A stretch of 52,341 nucleotides of DNA, filler included, from Dimargaris cristalligena (GCA_003614675.1; 3 parts of 3 records of this genome joined end to end with filler, not necessarily neighbours in it), one strand, 5' to 3'. Counted from the whole stretch's first letter, positions 23,046 through 34,881 are shown. Numbers and translations: made by a program. The notes: generated by a model not told the origin, from the letters alone.

Positions 23046-24371
23046 ATGGCTGCCCTCGCTCTGAGTGGGCGGTACGAATCCCCACTGCGTACACTAGCTA
23101 GTTCCATCTCCGTTGCTTTAAACAGCCGGGTTTCCGGAGGTCTGGTACCTCGCTCTGCTTTTCCTACTTCTTCGTTATTTCTTCGAAATGGACACTGTCG
23201 CTTGCTACGGATTATCGCGGGGCCAGGCCCAGCCGCCGATCGGCCTTTGCAAACCACCAAAGCACTCGTTCGGTCGGAGTTATTGTCCAGCAGCCTTGTT
23301 CCTTCCCTGAATCGGGCCAATGCCACGCTCCTTTGCCGACCCTTTCACAACACTTTTATCCCCAGTCATGAAGGCTCGACTCCCCCAGTAGACCCCCCAA
23401 CGCCAAGCACCCCCGGTCCCCTTGATACCGACCTCCGTTGGCGTATCGTACGCCCCGCCCGGTGGTCGGAGCATATCGGCCTTTACCAGGAGCTGTCCAA
23501 GTCTAAACTAGCCAGTTTGGTAGTACTTACGACCATGTGTGGTTATGCCGTCGCACCGGGAGCCATGGATTTGCCTACGTTGCTTTACACTACGGTCGGA
23601 ACTGGCCTATGCGTAGCCAGCGCCAACACTTTTAACCAGTGGATCGAGGTGCCCTACGACGCCCAGATGATGCGTACCCGCAACCGAGTACTAGTGCGCG
23701 GCGCCCTCACCCCCCTCCACGCCTTCTCCGTGGGGGTTCTGTCGGGTACCGCGGGTATTGTCACCCTGGCCACTCTCGTGAATCCGTTAACCGCCGTTCT
23801 GGGGGCCGCCAACATCGTGCTCTATAGCTTCGTCTACACGTGCCTAAAACGAGTGTCGATTGTCAACACGTGGGTCGGCGCCGTGGTAGGGGCCCTTCCC
23901 CCCATGATGGGCTGGACCGCCTGTCTGAACAGTTTGGACCCGGGTGCTTGGTTGCTGGGGATTGTGCTCTACGCGTGGCAGTTCCCCCACTTTAATTCGC
24001 TCTCCTGGCCACTGCGTAAAGACTATTCCCGGGCCGGCTACCGCATGACCGTAGTCACCAACCCCGCGCTAAATGCCCGGGTTTCCCTCCGGTACTCCGT
24101 CCTTCTGGCGCCCCTGTCGCTGCTGTTCCCATATTTTGATGTGACCACCTGGTGGTTCGCCCTCGATTCCATGATTGTCAATTTGTATCTCATCTATCGC
24201 TCCTATCAGTTTTGGCAGCATTCGTCGGATCGTACCTACCGACCTTTGTTCTTCGCCTCTTTGGTTCACTTGCCCGTGTACCTGTTGCTCCTATTATTTC
24301 ACAAGAAGCCCGCCGTAGAGCAGGCTGACGATCAGTCGCCAGAGCCCATTTCTCTCCCCGCTAACTTATAA
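23046..24371 (+). CDS. COX10: Protoheme IX farnesyltransferase (heme O synthase), mitochondrial
   Basis: ELSKSKLASLVVLTT, ASANTFNQWIEVPYDAQMMRTRNRVL, NTWVGAVVGALPPMMGW, WQFPHFNSLSW, DYSRAGYRM; Arg/Ser-rich presequence; ATG at 23046. Confidence 0.95.
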   Translation: MAALALSGRYESPLRTLASSISVALNSRVSGGLVPRSAFPTSSLFLRNGHCRLLRIIAGPGPAADRPLQTTKALVRSELLSSSLVPSLNRANATLLCRPFHNTFIPSHEGSTPPVDPPTPSTPGPLDTDLRWRIVRPARWSEHIGLYQELSKSKLASLVVLTTMCGYAVAPGAMDLPTLLYTTVGTGLCVASANTFNQWIEVPYDAQMMRTRNRVLVRGALTPLHAFSVGVLSGTAGIVTLATLVNPLTAVLGAANIVLYSFVYTCLKRVSIVNTWVGAVVGALPPMMGWTACLNSLDPGAWLLGIVLYAWQFPHFNSLSWPLRKDYSRAGYRMTVVTNPALNARVSLRYSVLLAPLSLLFPYFDVTTWWFALDSMIVNLYLIYRSYQFWQHSSDRTYRPLFFASLVHLPVYLLLLLFHKKPAVEQADDQSPEPISLPANL

Positions 24372-24716
24372 CAAATCCAAGATTATATCCTAATAAAAAT
24401 AGTTTATTCGGCATTCTCAATTAATCTCACTTACTGGAGCTACTGTAGCATTAATTAATTTCAGTTTACTTCCAACAGATCTTATGCATTATGTTCGAAT
24501 AGTAAGGGGGTGGGTGGAATGTGGATAAGTGAATGTAAACTGTAGAAACTTTTCGGCTGCCAAAATAATTGGCAGTCATGTCTTTCAAGAATGTCAATAG
24601 AGGATACGAGTGTTCGTTGTTGCTCGAATTGACGTAGGTAAATAGAAACATGATTTATACGCGAATAATGTACGCAAGAATCAGCGAATATTTTCATCAT
24701 GGAAAATAGACTGGCT

Positions 24717-26108
24717 TTAACCATCTTCGTCAGACATAAGTTCGGCTAATTCACGTTCCTCCTCCTCGGTCATGCCCGAGGTCGAGGGCTTGGCCAAATT
24801 GGCGGGCGTCGAGTTCTCCGGCTGGGTGGTGCCTGGGACCACCTCTGCATCGGTACTGGGCTTGGGGTAATACGGACCGTCGACCTTTAGAATCGAGCTA
24901 ATCTGCCACTTACGTAGTGTACCGTCTAGGGAAGTCGAGTAAATCGTCTGGTCAATAACGGCTAATCCGGTAATCTCATCGAAATGGCCAACTAACACTT
25001 TGAGGCATTTGCCAGTGGCCTTGCTCCAGATGCGAATATTTTCATCGCGACACCCCGTAATGACATGGGCATCGGTCACCGTCAGGGATTTGACCACATT
25101 AGGGTGCGTGAGGGTGATAATGCACTGGCCGGTCCGGGGGCACCATTGTTTGATATCTTTATCGGCGGAGCATGACCATAGTTCAGTATCATCATCATCA
25201 TCATCCGCATCATTAGGGACAACCCGAGTGCCGGTTTTGGGCGAAGGGGCTGGGGGAGCATAGGATAGATCACGCTGGTTGATTTGGCTAACGTAGTCGG
25301 GGAACAAGCAGAGGTCATGTACTGAAGTATGGTGTCCCCGGAACTCACGAACGACCTGGCCCGTTACGATATTCCACTGCCGGATGGTGGTATCGGACGA
25401 AGCGGAAAACAAGGTGTTGGTGCTGCCATCATAGACAAGGTCATCAATACCCCGGGAGTGTACTTTGGGGAAGGTCCGTACGCATTGGCCTGTGCGAAGA
25501 TCCCACTGGCGGATAGTTGCATCGGTGGAGCCGCTAAACAACCAGGGCGTCGTTTCCTTGGCCGAACCGCCCGCGGGTGATCGGTAGACCCGCCCGCCAG
25601 GAACCAAGGCCAGGCATTTAATAAAATCGGAGTGGCCCGCGAGGGTGCGCACGCACTCGCCCGTGGCCATATCCCAGAGTTTGATAGTTTTATCCCAGGA
25701 ACCGGAAATGAGCAAGTCAACTGTAGAAGATGCACCGGAGTGGGTAGCCTGACTGGAAGATTTCGGCGGATACACGTTGTCGGACGAACAGGCTTGCCAA
25801 ACGGCGAGAGAGGTGACCGGCCCGGTGTGGCCCCGGAAGACCCGGCGGGCCATCCCCGTTTCGAGCTGAATCCACTTGATAACATGGGTGGCCTGGCCCA
25901 ATAATGCGTCGTTTTCGCCGAGATAGAGGGCCGCCAGGGACTTGGACTTGATGTCCAACGCAGCGAGCCCCGTCTTTCCTGCCCCTTGTTTCAAGTCCTC
26001 GCGGAATTGGGCATACTTGATTTCCTTCCGGGCAAGTGCCTCGCGGTCGGCGTCGGCGAGAAGGAACTGGGACGCATGCGTGCCGATGTTGGGACCTAGG
26101 GGCTGCAT
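24717..26108 (-). CDS. WD40-repeat protein
   Basis: Multiple GH...WD repeats (GHTGPV, SGSWDKTIKLWD, GHSDFI, SGSTDATIRQWD, SASSDTTIRQWN, GHFDEI); acidic C-terminus MTEEEERELAELMSDEDG. Confidence 0.92.
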   Translation of the reverse strand: MQPLGPNIGTHASQFLLADADREALARKEIKYAQFREDLKQGAGKTGLAALDIKSKSLAALYLGENDALLGQATHVIKWIQLETGMARRVFRGHTGPVTSLAVWQACSSDNVYPPKSSSQATHSGASSTVDLLISGSWDKTIKLWDMATGECVRTLAGHSDFIKCLALVPGGRVYRSPAGGSAKETTPWLFSGSTDATIRQWDLRTGQCVRTFPKVHSRGIDDLVYDGSTNTLFSASSDTTIRQWNIVTGQVVREFRGHHTSVHDLCLFPDYVSQINQRDLSYAPPAPSPKTGTRVVPNDADDDDDDTELWSCSADKDIKQWCPRTGQCIITLTHPNVVKSLTVTDAHVITGCRDENIRIWSKATGKCLKVLVGHFDEITGLAVIDQTIYSTSLDGTLRKWQISSILKVDGPYYPKPSTDAEVVPGTTQPENSTPANLAKPSTSGMTEEEERELAELMSDEDG

Positions 26109-26469
26109 GGTTTAAACTGGTACAGATGGCTATAGGAATCGCTACTAGTAGAGAAGTTTCGGCGACTAAGACTAATGGAAAAATGGAATGGAGAGACTGA
26201 CCGAAGGCACACTGGATGAAGCGGCTACTGTCAGAGGGAGGTGGTTCTTTATTAGTCAGACGAGCGGCCAAAGCTGGCTCACGGGCAAGCCACAAAAATA
26301 ATAATCCTTTACCTGAGTCTGCAGTTGACGGCTTCTTTTGACCAGTAACCGGGTTCTAAAGTGCCCGGGCTTACCGTTTCTCTCCATTGCCCATAATTCG
26401 GACCACCTTTTTGAGTTTGTCTCCTCTATTCACTTTTATATGTTCTAAATAGTAAGTTCCCTACTTACC

Positions 26470-28413
26470 ATGAACTTTGAGCACGGCGTCCGCCGCCTCC
26501 TAGACCTCATTGAAGCCGAAATCCCTCATGTTCGCAATACCCTCACCGCCCTGCTGCCTATCGAATCCCTGCCACCGACCCTGGCTCTTCCCTTTAGCGC
26601 CCCGAATTGCTACAGCGAAGAACTAGTATTGTTCGTCCTGGTGTCTAGTCTCCATGGCTCGGATTTCCATGCTAATACCGCCCGGCAACACTGGCAAACT
26701 GTTTGGACTTGGCTAGCCACCCGGTTTCGTACCACCCCTATTCGACCCGCCGCTTTTGCGACCCTCTGGAACATTGTGTGGACCATCACCGTCGCTGGCG
26801 ACCCGGTGTTCCGCACGGACATTGCGGAGTTTCTAGTCGATAATGTTGTCCACCCCGGAGCCTACCCGATTGTTGTACGCGATCTGCTACGGTGGTTGCT
26901 GGAGAGAGTTGCACCGGTTGACCTTTATTCCGCAAGTCAAGGACCAGATAAGCCAGCCGATCCATCTCTACTTTCGGATAGCATACGCCGTCTTCTTGAT
27001 TACTGTGCTCAACTATTGTATAATGATCTGGGGATGCGAGACCTCGAAATCCGCCAATCGGCCCGAGGCCTACTACGCAAAGCCGGTTGCCTGCCTCATC
27101 TCGAAACCTGCAATAATCCCATGGCTCTCCAAAAGCGATCCTGGTTTAACCAAATGATGGCAATTTTACGCTCCCCTAGCTCCACCGCGGCCAATGTAAT
27201 AGCTACGGAACTCGTCGATTTCTTTCTTTCGATCCACAGCCCCGAAGAAATATTTCCCATTTTTCTACGGATTGTAGGCCTTTATATCGCAGAAGACCTG
27301 CGACCAAGGCAGCGTATTCAAAACCAACTTTTGTTAGGCCTACCCACTTCTCCTGCTGAATTCATATCAATGCGCCAACTATTAACTCTAAGCCCTCTCA
27401 CCCAACCCCTTTTATTCCAGACAGACACTTCGGAAGTGTCTCAAAAATGGACCATTTGTTTGGCCAACTGGCTAGCACGCATGCAATCATTTCCGGGATC
27501 TATGGAGGTTGATGGAGGATTCAGGCAGCTCATGGACAATTCCACTCCAATGGGCGAATTCGATGACACGTCTCTACCCACTGCCTTGGCTGAGCTCTGC
27601 CATTTATTGCCAATTGCGCCAATAGAATACACCCACTACCTTCTTTACGGCCTAGTCCGCTTGGCGTCTCATTCTATAGACGCTTCACGGGAGCGGCCGT
27701 CCCCGGATACAGCCATTGGCCCCATCTGGACTTCCGCTATACAACTGCTCTTGGACTATATCACTGCCCTTGGTACACACCCTATGTTCAATATCCCGGA
27801 CGATAATCGCCCCTATCTTCTGCTGATGGGGGTGTATGTGCTCACCAGTTTAGTTTCTCATCGCCGACTCGATTCCACTCTACTTGACCCATCTGTCCAT
27901 TCCGTTGCTACGCCATCATTAGTTCGAGCACCCCCTTCATTCGAAGAATACCAGCTCTACCTCCGTTCCTGGAGTGCGATTCATACATTATTAACTGATC
28001 GGTTCCCCCACACCCCCCGCCTGGGTCCTGGGGAATACTCATCGATTCCGCCACCAGATCTTACATTAGGTCGGGTTGTTGACAATCCTTCCGTAGTTCC
28101 AGTCGTAGACTCCGCCGTAGCCGGTTTTTGGGCACTGGCTCTCTGGGACTACCACCTCCTCCGCCTTGTGATGAGCATGCCTTCATCAGTGTTTACCTGT
28201 CCATTGCATCAATTCTCAATCCAGCAATGGGCCCACCTTACCTGGCCTCGCATTTACCGTTCTCCTGCACCCGCGTTGACTACTGGAGACCGACGGACCG
28301 GCCTGAGCGGGCTACGTGATTCTGTTTCCTCCCAGTGCGATTCAACAGATTTCTCCTACGCCCCCATGTCCTTTTTGGAAGCCCGGTGTGATGGGCTGGT
28401 ATTCAAAAAATAA
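26470..28413 (+). CDS. Hypothetical Leu-rich, probably alpha-helical protein (~647 aa; 3' end may be spliced)
   Basis: Long ORF with good start context (ttaccATG), head-to-head with the WD40 gene; no motif recognised. Confidence 0.7.
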   Translation: MNFEHGVRRLLDLIEAEIPHVRNTLTALLPIESLPPTLALPFSAPNCYSEELVLFVLVSSLHGSDFHANTARQHWQTVWTWLATRFRTTPIRPAAFATLWNIVWTITVAGDPVFRTDIAEFLVDNVVHPGAYPIVVRDLLRWLLERVAPVDLYSASQGPDKPADPSLLSDSIRRLLDYCAQLLYNDLGMRDLEIRQSARGLLRKAGCLPHLETCNNPMALQKRSWFNQMMAILRSPSSTAANVIATELVDFFLSIHSPEEIFPIFLRIVGLYIAEDLRPRQRIQNQLLLGLPTSPAEFISMRQLLTLSPLTQPLLFQTDTSEVSQKWTICLANWLARMQSFPGSMEVDGGFRQLMDNSTPMGEFDDTSLPTALAELCHLLPIAPIEYTHYLLYGLVRLASHSIDASRERPSPDTAIGPIWTSAIQLLLDYITALGTHPMFNIPDDNRPYLLLMGVYVLTSLVSHRRLDSTLLDPSVHSVATPSLVRAPPSFEEYQLYLRSWSAIHTLLTDRFPHTPRLGPGEYSSIPPPDLTLGRVVDNPSVVPVVDSAVAGFWALALWDYHLLRLVMSMPSSVFTCPLHQFSIQQWAHLTWPRIYRSPAPALTTGDRRTGLSGLRDSVSSQCDSTDFSYAPMSFLEARCDGLVFKK

Positions 28414-28955
28414 TATTGTTCGGTCTTTGAGCTCGCTCTCTTTTGACGCTGAATACAGATTGGAGTCGGCGTCCTTTCTTGATACCATCCTGTAGCTGGT
28501 GTCACTAATACTCTTAATCTACATTCTCGCAACCTTTCTCGGCTATTTAAGATCCACGCCTGGTCTTTCACTCTCCTCCCCATTGCCACTTCATCTCAGA
28601 AATAGCCAATGTAGGGCTTAATTTATTGTATTATACCCCACCTTCATCTTGAAAGAAGTAAGAACCATATACGGTATATTGCCATAAAACAGGGAGATAT
28701 TATGCTTATCACTTTGAACAGCGGACTGCGAATATTGACTGCCCTAAATCCCTAAATGCATGGAGGATATCAATGTATAGGTAATTCTTTTAATGAATTA
28801 TTACATATTGGACCTAAATAGTGCTTGATTCGTGCAACTGATATGAGTTTATAATCAACCTTGGTAATTCTTCAAGGCAGCTTCGATGACGGGGTTATAT
28901 ATGTCTGTATAGAACCATGGCTTTTGTTAAGAAATTTATCCCTAATCGAAAGGCG

Positions 28956-28985
28956 AAAAATAAAAATAAAAATAAAATAAATAAT
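28956..28985 (+). repeat. (AAAAAT)n A-rich microsatellite
   Basis: aaaaataaaaataaaaataaaataaataat. Confidence 0.7.
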
Positions 28986-29115
28986 ATGAATTTAATGCCG
29001 AACTAGTAATCATTGCAGCTCTAAATCTTAGCTAATGCCAGAATAACCTACTCTATAAAAAATACACTGTGCAACACGATAGCTTGATCATGAAAACCAT
29101 TGTTTAAGATAGAGG

Positions 29116-29260
29116 TTATGAGCAAAATTTAGCCTAGCTGTATAAGGTTTACAATGATGTGTGTATGGAAAAAATAGGCGGGCGATTCATTCTTAACCAG
29201 TGGTTTTTACTTTATCTAGCGGATAATTAGTTTTACAGCCCGATTGAACCCCACTCATAT
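29116..29260. mobile_element. ~144-bp MITE-like element, copy 3 (diverged)
   Basis: ttatgagcaaaatttagcctagctgtataagg ... ttacagcccgattgaaccccactcatat; internal attcattcttaaccagtg matches the other copies. Confidence 0.7.
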
Positions 29261-29600
29261 CCAATTCCCTATATAGGTTTCAAATGGGCTCTAATGCACC
29301 AGAGTTGAACACTTTTAACCTGACAAGAATTACAGTTTTTAGCCACTTGGGACCAGTTAAGGCTGCCTTAGTTTATTCCAACAAGGAGCCTAGCCTCCAT
29401 GGAACCTGCGGCTGACGATCTCTATGCCGGAGTTCTCCAATCAATACAAATACGGAAGCGTGCATATTATCCTTAATCTTCAGTTCGTATAAGTAAAACC
29501 ATTACTGGTTCAATTTTATTATTTAACATCAACCATTTCCTGAGCTACTCATCATAAACACGTGTACTGCAATACTAGGTGAACATCCGAACCCGATATT

Positions 29601-30644
29601 TTAAATACCGTCTATATCAGGACATCTGTGTATGCGTCTCTGACATTTAGAACTAAAGGCCTGTGCACAATGTTGGCATGTAACAATAGTATATGACTTG
29701 TTTCCAGTCCAAATCGGTGTGATTTAAGATTTGAAGAGGAAGCGATCACCGTTCCGCAATCTGGGCAGTCGTATGTGGGCCTATCACATGGTCCCATGAG
29801 GTGAAAAATTAAAAGCCTCACCTGAGCAAATTGCTTTGGGCAATTAGGGCAATTATAGGACACTCCATATCCCCTCTTAGCATGTTTGTCGAATGACCGA
29901 CGATTGACCAGTACAAGTTGGTACTTGGGGCAACTAATTGGCCGATGGTCGTACTCGTCGTGTCTCTTCAGGGACTGGGGATGGACGCATTGAAAAAAGA
30001 ACTTGGGGCAGGAGATGGGCTTCCGGCCTTTACGGCTCTGGTCGTAGGGGGCGCTGCCGTTAGTTCTGGAAGCTACTCGTTCCTTGAACTTCCGGCTACG
30101 GCGTTTAACCACCCTACCACTGCTTCACTTTGAGGTAGCAGGGTTATTCAGGGTAGATATTTTTCTGCCACCCGATACATTACAGTTGACCGTGACCCAC
30201 GACGCTTCGTCATCATCATTGCTATCGTCACTGTAGTTGCCATCATTGGTATCGTCGACGACTTCATCCAAGCCATCACGTGACAAAGATGAGCGTGGCA
30301 GTATCCATTTTATCAGTGTCGGTGATATCCGGACTATTATTGTCGGGATGTTGGGCCATGTTCGGTTCGACTGACGAGTCGCTGGATGCACCGAAATCGC
30401 TCACAATGAAATCGAGCGACATGGGGTTCGGCTTTGCTGAGGACAACGAAGCCGACAAGTTTGGTGTGTGTGATGAGCCACTGGGTGCAGCAAGGTCATT
30501 CACAATTAACTCAAGCGACATGGGATTGGGGCTTTTTGAGGACACAGAGGTAGGCTCATAAACTGGACTACACTCTAGCTCCCGTAAAAAACCCAGCAGG
30601 GTGATTACAGCCGCCCAGTACGATGGCCTATACATCGAAATCAT
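29601..30644 (-). pseudogene. Disrupted gene for a signal-peptide-bearing C2H2 zinc-finger protein
   Basis: Three track ORFs join through a frameshift near 30300 and an in-frame TGA at 30125-30127; a second frameshift near 29695 opens a last finger (CQHC..H.C, stop at 29601-29603); fingers CPKF..H, CPKY..H, CPNC..H, CPDC..H, CQHC..H. Confidence 0.7.
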
Positions 30645-33082
30645 CTATCAAGAGGAAGTGGGCGTGGGGAGTATGGCGGCAATAGAAATAGAAATACTAT
30701 CAAACAATACACTAGGAGTAGCTATATACTATTTGGCTAAATGTGGAAATGGGCTTAGGAGAAGAGAGGCAATTAACGGTACTGCCCCTAACGGCCTTGA
30801 TAATATAATCTAAGCAAGAAGTGTAATTTTAAAGCAAGTGGGGAAACTTCAAAGACATATCATTTGGGCCAGGAGGATAGCTTTATAAGCGAACTGTATC
30901 TAAGAGGGCATGGTGAACATACAGGCAGCAGCACACTAGTTCGCTCATATCTTTATATTATGACTACTACGGACTTCAACAGCCACCCATTAACGAACAT
31001 ACCTTGATTCTAGCGATTGATTTTGGAGGATGTTGTGTTCACCGTTTACTATTGGGGCGATGGTGTTGGCCCACCATGTTATTCACAATGGTAGCCTAGG
31101 TCATACAGATTCGCATTGAATGGCTTTGGGTGAACCTGTAGCTCCATTATGGTTGTACCGCAAGAGTATCTGGAAGTAGATTGGGAGGCACGGGAGTTGA
31201 ACTCTTTTTCCGCGAGAGTGAAAATGCAGCTGGCTAATCTGAACCATTAACCCTATCCGGATCAAACCATTATTTGGAAGCCATCGGTTTGTTGCCCCTG
31301 TAATATGTTCTGCTCTTCATTTTGTTTTGGCAGCCCTGATTAGTCCCACACCATTGATGGGTCGCCTGTACTCTACCTGTACATGACTCTTAAGGTATAT
31401 ACAATTGGTATCACCCTCCCGTCCATTTATTATAGTTTCTCATTGATATTATTAGGGTTATTATTTTTCATGTTCCGCCGATTTTAGATCTCTGGTTATA
31501 TGACCCCATTATTGGAGCCTCTATGTAGATTGGTTTTTTATCTAACTTAATATGCCCAACTTGCAGGTATTAACCAATACCTCTCACGGATCCTTATCTT
31601 CCAGTATTACTTTCGAAAGACATACCGCTTACCATTTGGTTCATAAACCCGGCAATATTTACCGAACCTATAAGGCACTCTAGGTAATAGTATATTCTAA
31701 ATGAATCCAAAAAAATGTTACATTTAGTGAAACAATCACAAAAGGACAAGGTTGTCGTGCAGTCGAGTATTGGGCTACAAAGTACTTCGCATGGCATAAT
31801 GTAATTACCTATTGAAACAGGTCATTTGGGGTTATTTGAAGCACACATATGGGTCAGTTCATTCATCCAACGCAATTCGGACTGAATTAGTTTCTACTGT
31901 TATTTTTTTTTAGGGTTAATAAGTAGGCGATGTAGAGCGAATAGTACTCATTACGTTGAAGGAATAAGTTAATTATGAGCCGCACTCCCCAGTCCCAAAA
32001 CAGTGCTACATCGATGTTCTATGCCAGCGAACGCATAATATCTCCGAGAGAACCATGCTGTAAAGCGCAAAATTCCATCTCCAGCAGCCTCCATAGATAT
32101 ATAGGACGGCCCTGTCATCCCAGACCAACTATTTACCTCTGGCACATGTTGCTGAAATTCCCAAAAACCTTCCCTAGAGCTTAGGTGACTGAAGAGCTGG
32201 TATCAATACCGCCCTCCCGTCAGTGACACTTCAACAACTGTTCTTTGCAGTATCCCCAATATGAGATCGTGGTGGTAAACTGAATGGAAAGTCTGCTTGG
32301 CGGTCCGTTATGTGTGACTTAAGTGTAGGCCGCAGATGGCGATTCTAATAGAACTAGCTCCACCAAGATTGTAGATATGGACAGTATTGTGAAGTTAGTG
32401 ATGAAAAAAAATCCAACCAGCCTCACTCGGTTATTGTTATGTGACTAATGTTGGCGAAATCCAACACCGCCGTATTGAATTTTGGTGGATATTGCATGTT
32501 TTCCTAGTCAAACTAGCCATACCCTACGATTCTTCAGTGTACAACCAGGATTAAACTCGCCCTTGTTGCCAAGTCCAACGGGGCTGCACTGCTACATTCC
32601 CCCAATCAAGGTTGGCTATATTGCAGCATCTTTCATGCCTCCTTTCATAGACCAGCCAGTTTTCTTCTTCGGCCCATACTATTCCCAGTCTTTTGAGTTA
32701 TCTAGGGAATATTAAATAATAATAGAAACGGCCTACCATAAAACCAATTGCTGTATCTTACAGCTCAATTTAGGCTGTCGTAAATCGCCTTAAATTTATA
32801 CATGTTACAACGTTTCCCAGGAAGTCAAATTTGTTCGTTCATAGTCGTTAGTCCAGGCTATTCTAAAAAAATAATATTGGGGGCTACAGAAACTATCGTT
32901 GTTGGTAAGGCTAAAATTAAAAGGATTTAAGGCTGCAAAATAAGCGGCTCAATTCCACCCCCCCCCCCAAGCGGGGATACATGAAAAGGTACCCGTCAGC
33001 TCAGAGACTCACCTATGAACTACCCAGTGGTGATTATAGGGTCTAGAACCAACAATCCCTGCTCAAAAGGCCAGTGAAGGGT

Positions 33083-33119
33083 AAAGAGGATTATAATGAA
33101 CCAAATAATTTGGCCTGGA
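33083..33119 (+). repeat. 37-nt exact direct repeat (second copy at 34845-34881, the contig end)
   Basis: aaagaggattataatgaaccaaataatttggcctgga occurs at both positions. Confidence 0.9.
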
Positions 33120-33770
33120 GAGGTTTTTAGCCGTATTAGAGCCCTTAATATATACACATATCCCTGCTTCTTCAATGATTTGGCTGGCTTGATGTTCCCA
33201 GCGGCCTTCGAGACTACTCTCAAATCAATGACCAAGCTAATAGGAAGAATGTATAATCGGCTGTTCCCAGGGGAGGTGCCACCTCCATTGGCTGGGTGGG
33301 TAGTAGTTTGAGCTTGAGGTCACTGAGTACAGAGTTCACGTGAATGTCGGTCATTAAACAACTGTATCAGGGTGGTTATCACACTGCTTCAAAAATAACT
33401 GACGGGTTTTCTTATTGAAGGCCAATCAGGGGCTGGACCCGATCAACAGGCACTTGGCAGTCTGTTAATATATTTCCCAGATGTGGAAATATCACACCTA
33501 GCATAAATAATAGTGAATTGGATAGGCATCTGAATGAGTGATACATATGGATATATATACAAAGCTAATTTCAGGCACTGGCTGGATTCTCCTAATATAT
33601 ATGCCTGTCCTTGGATATTTCAACATATCCTTTTTCATGTAGAATACCCCTAAAATAACTAATTGATATTGGTCCAGACCTAGCTTATTAATAGAATGTG
33701 TCCTATTACATATTGATTCTTCTTATCTTCCTTAAGAATACTAATGTATATTTTGTTACTATCTGATACA

Positions 33771-34420
33771 TGTCAGACTGTCTAATCTATCTTAATCCCA
33801 CTGGCTTAGACATCTGACCCAATTAGGCCTTATAGCACTATATTAACCTTCCTATAGTCACACCTGGTACCATGGGATCATCACTTATCATATAACCTCC
33901 CCCCAGTCCATATCACTAGTTCACACTATGTACTCCTAGTACTAATCCTTTAGCCTATTCTAGTTACTATCAGAGTCTTCCAGATACTAGTAGTAGGACC
34001 AGTCAGTCTATTCATATATCCTATAGTCTTAGTAGTATCCTTCTCTTAGGACCTCCCTCTAGAGCTGCCTCTGTGTATATATAAATAGGCCCCATTGGGA
34101 CTAGTTAGATTCCTCAGCTTATTCTTACTCTCTATTTACCCAATAAATACTATATATATTTACTCCCCTTGTAGCTGACTAGTAAGTGTGCCTACTGCAT
34201 ATCCCTGGTATATATGCTACCCATTGCCTTTATTGGTTAGTACTATACCCTACCTGATACTAGTAGCCTACTTGGCTAAGCTTAAACCCACCTACTGTTA
34301 GAAGCCTATCCTTAGGACTCTAGATAGACTAAGAGTAGTTAACTCAGGTAATAGCCCCAGAGCTATTTGATAATTTTATGGGTAGTTATGGGTGCTAGGT
34401 TTCCCCAAAGGAATCTGTCA
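33771..34420 (+). mobile_element. Degenerate LTR-like segment (possible solo LTR) within a CpG-free repeat tract
   Basis: TGTCAGA...TCTGTCA ends, TATATAAATAGG at ~34078 then AATAAA at 34142, no ORF, no CpG, similarity to 47090-47201; no clear TSD. Confidence 0.5.
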
Positions 34421-34881
34421 TGTTTTTAAATGATTATTAATGAGTTACTTAATTTGGTTTGAGTAAGATGTGATGTAGATACATACCCACAATTGTATAA
34501 CAGGTCTGCACCCCTGATTAAGAGCTAGTTTTGGAAGAATGGAAAGGTGGATTGCCATTTTAATGGGGGTTTCTCTCTTAAATATTTATATATTGAAAAG
34601 GGGAGTATAGATGGGGTGTGTTGTTAGCTGTGGCATTCCAATGTTATTGCCACTTACACATGATGGGTATGCCAGACAGGTAGGCAGTTCTTGGGGTTGG
34701 TGGGTGCCATGTTTTTTTTATGGTGGTAATAAATAGGTAGGATATTGAGTGATAAAGAAATGAGCAATATTCCATAATTTGTTTTTGGAGAAGGTATTCG
34801 AGGGGCTAATTGGATTTTAAAAGCTTGCAATGTCAGTAAAGGGGAAAGAGGATTATAATGAACCAAATAATTTGGCCTGGA

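Noticed and set aside
32030..32330. - strand YWGYCK peptide reminiscent of a Tc1-like transposase C-terminus
   Set aside because: The preceding LNPIE-type motif is absent and the match is too short to support
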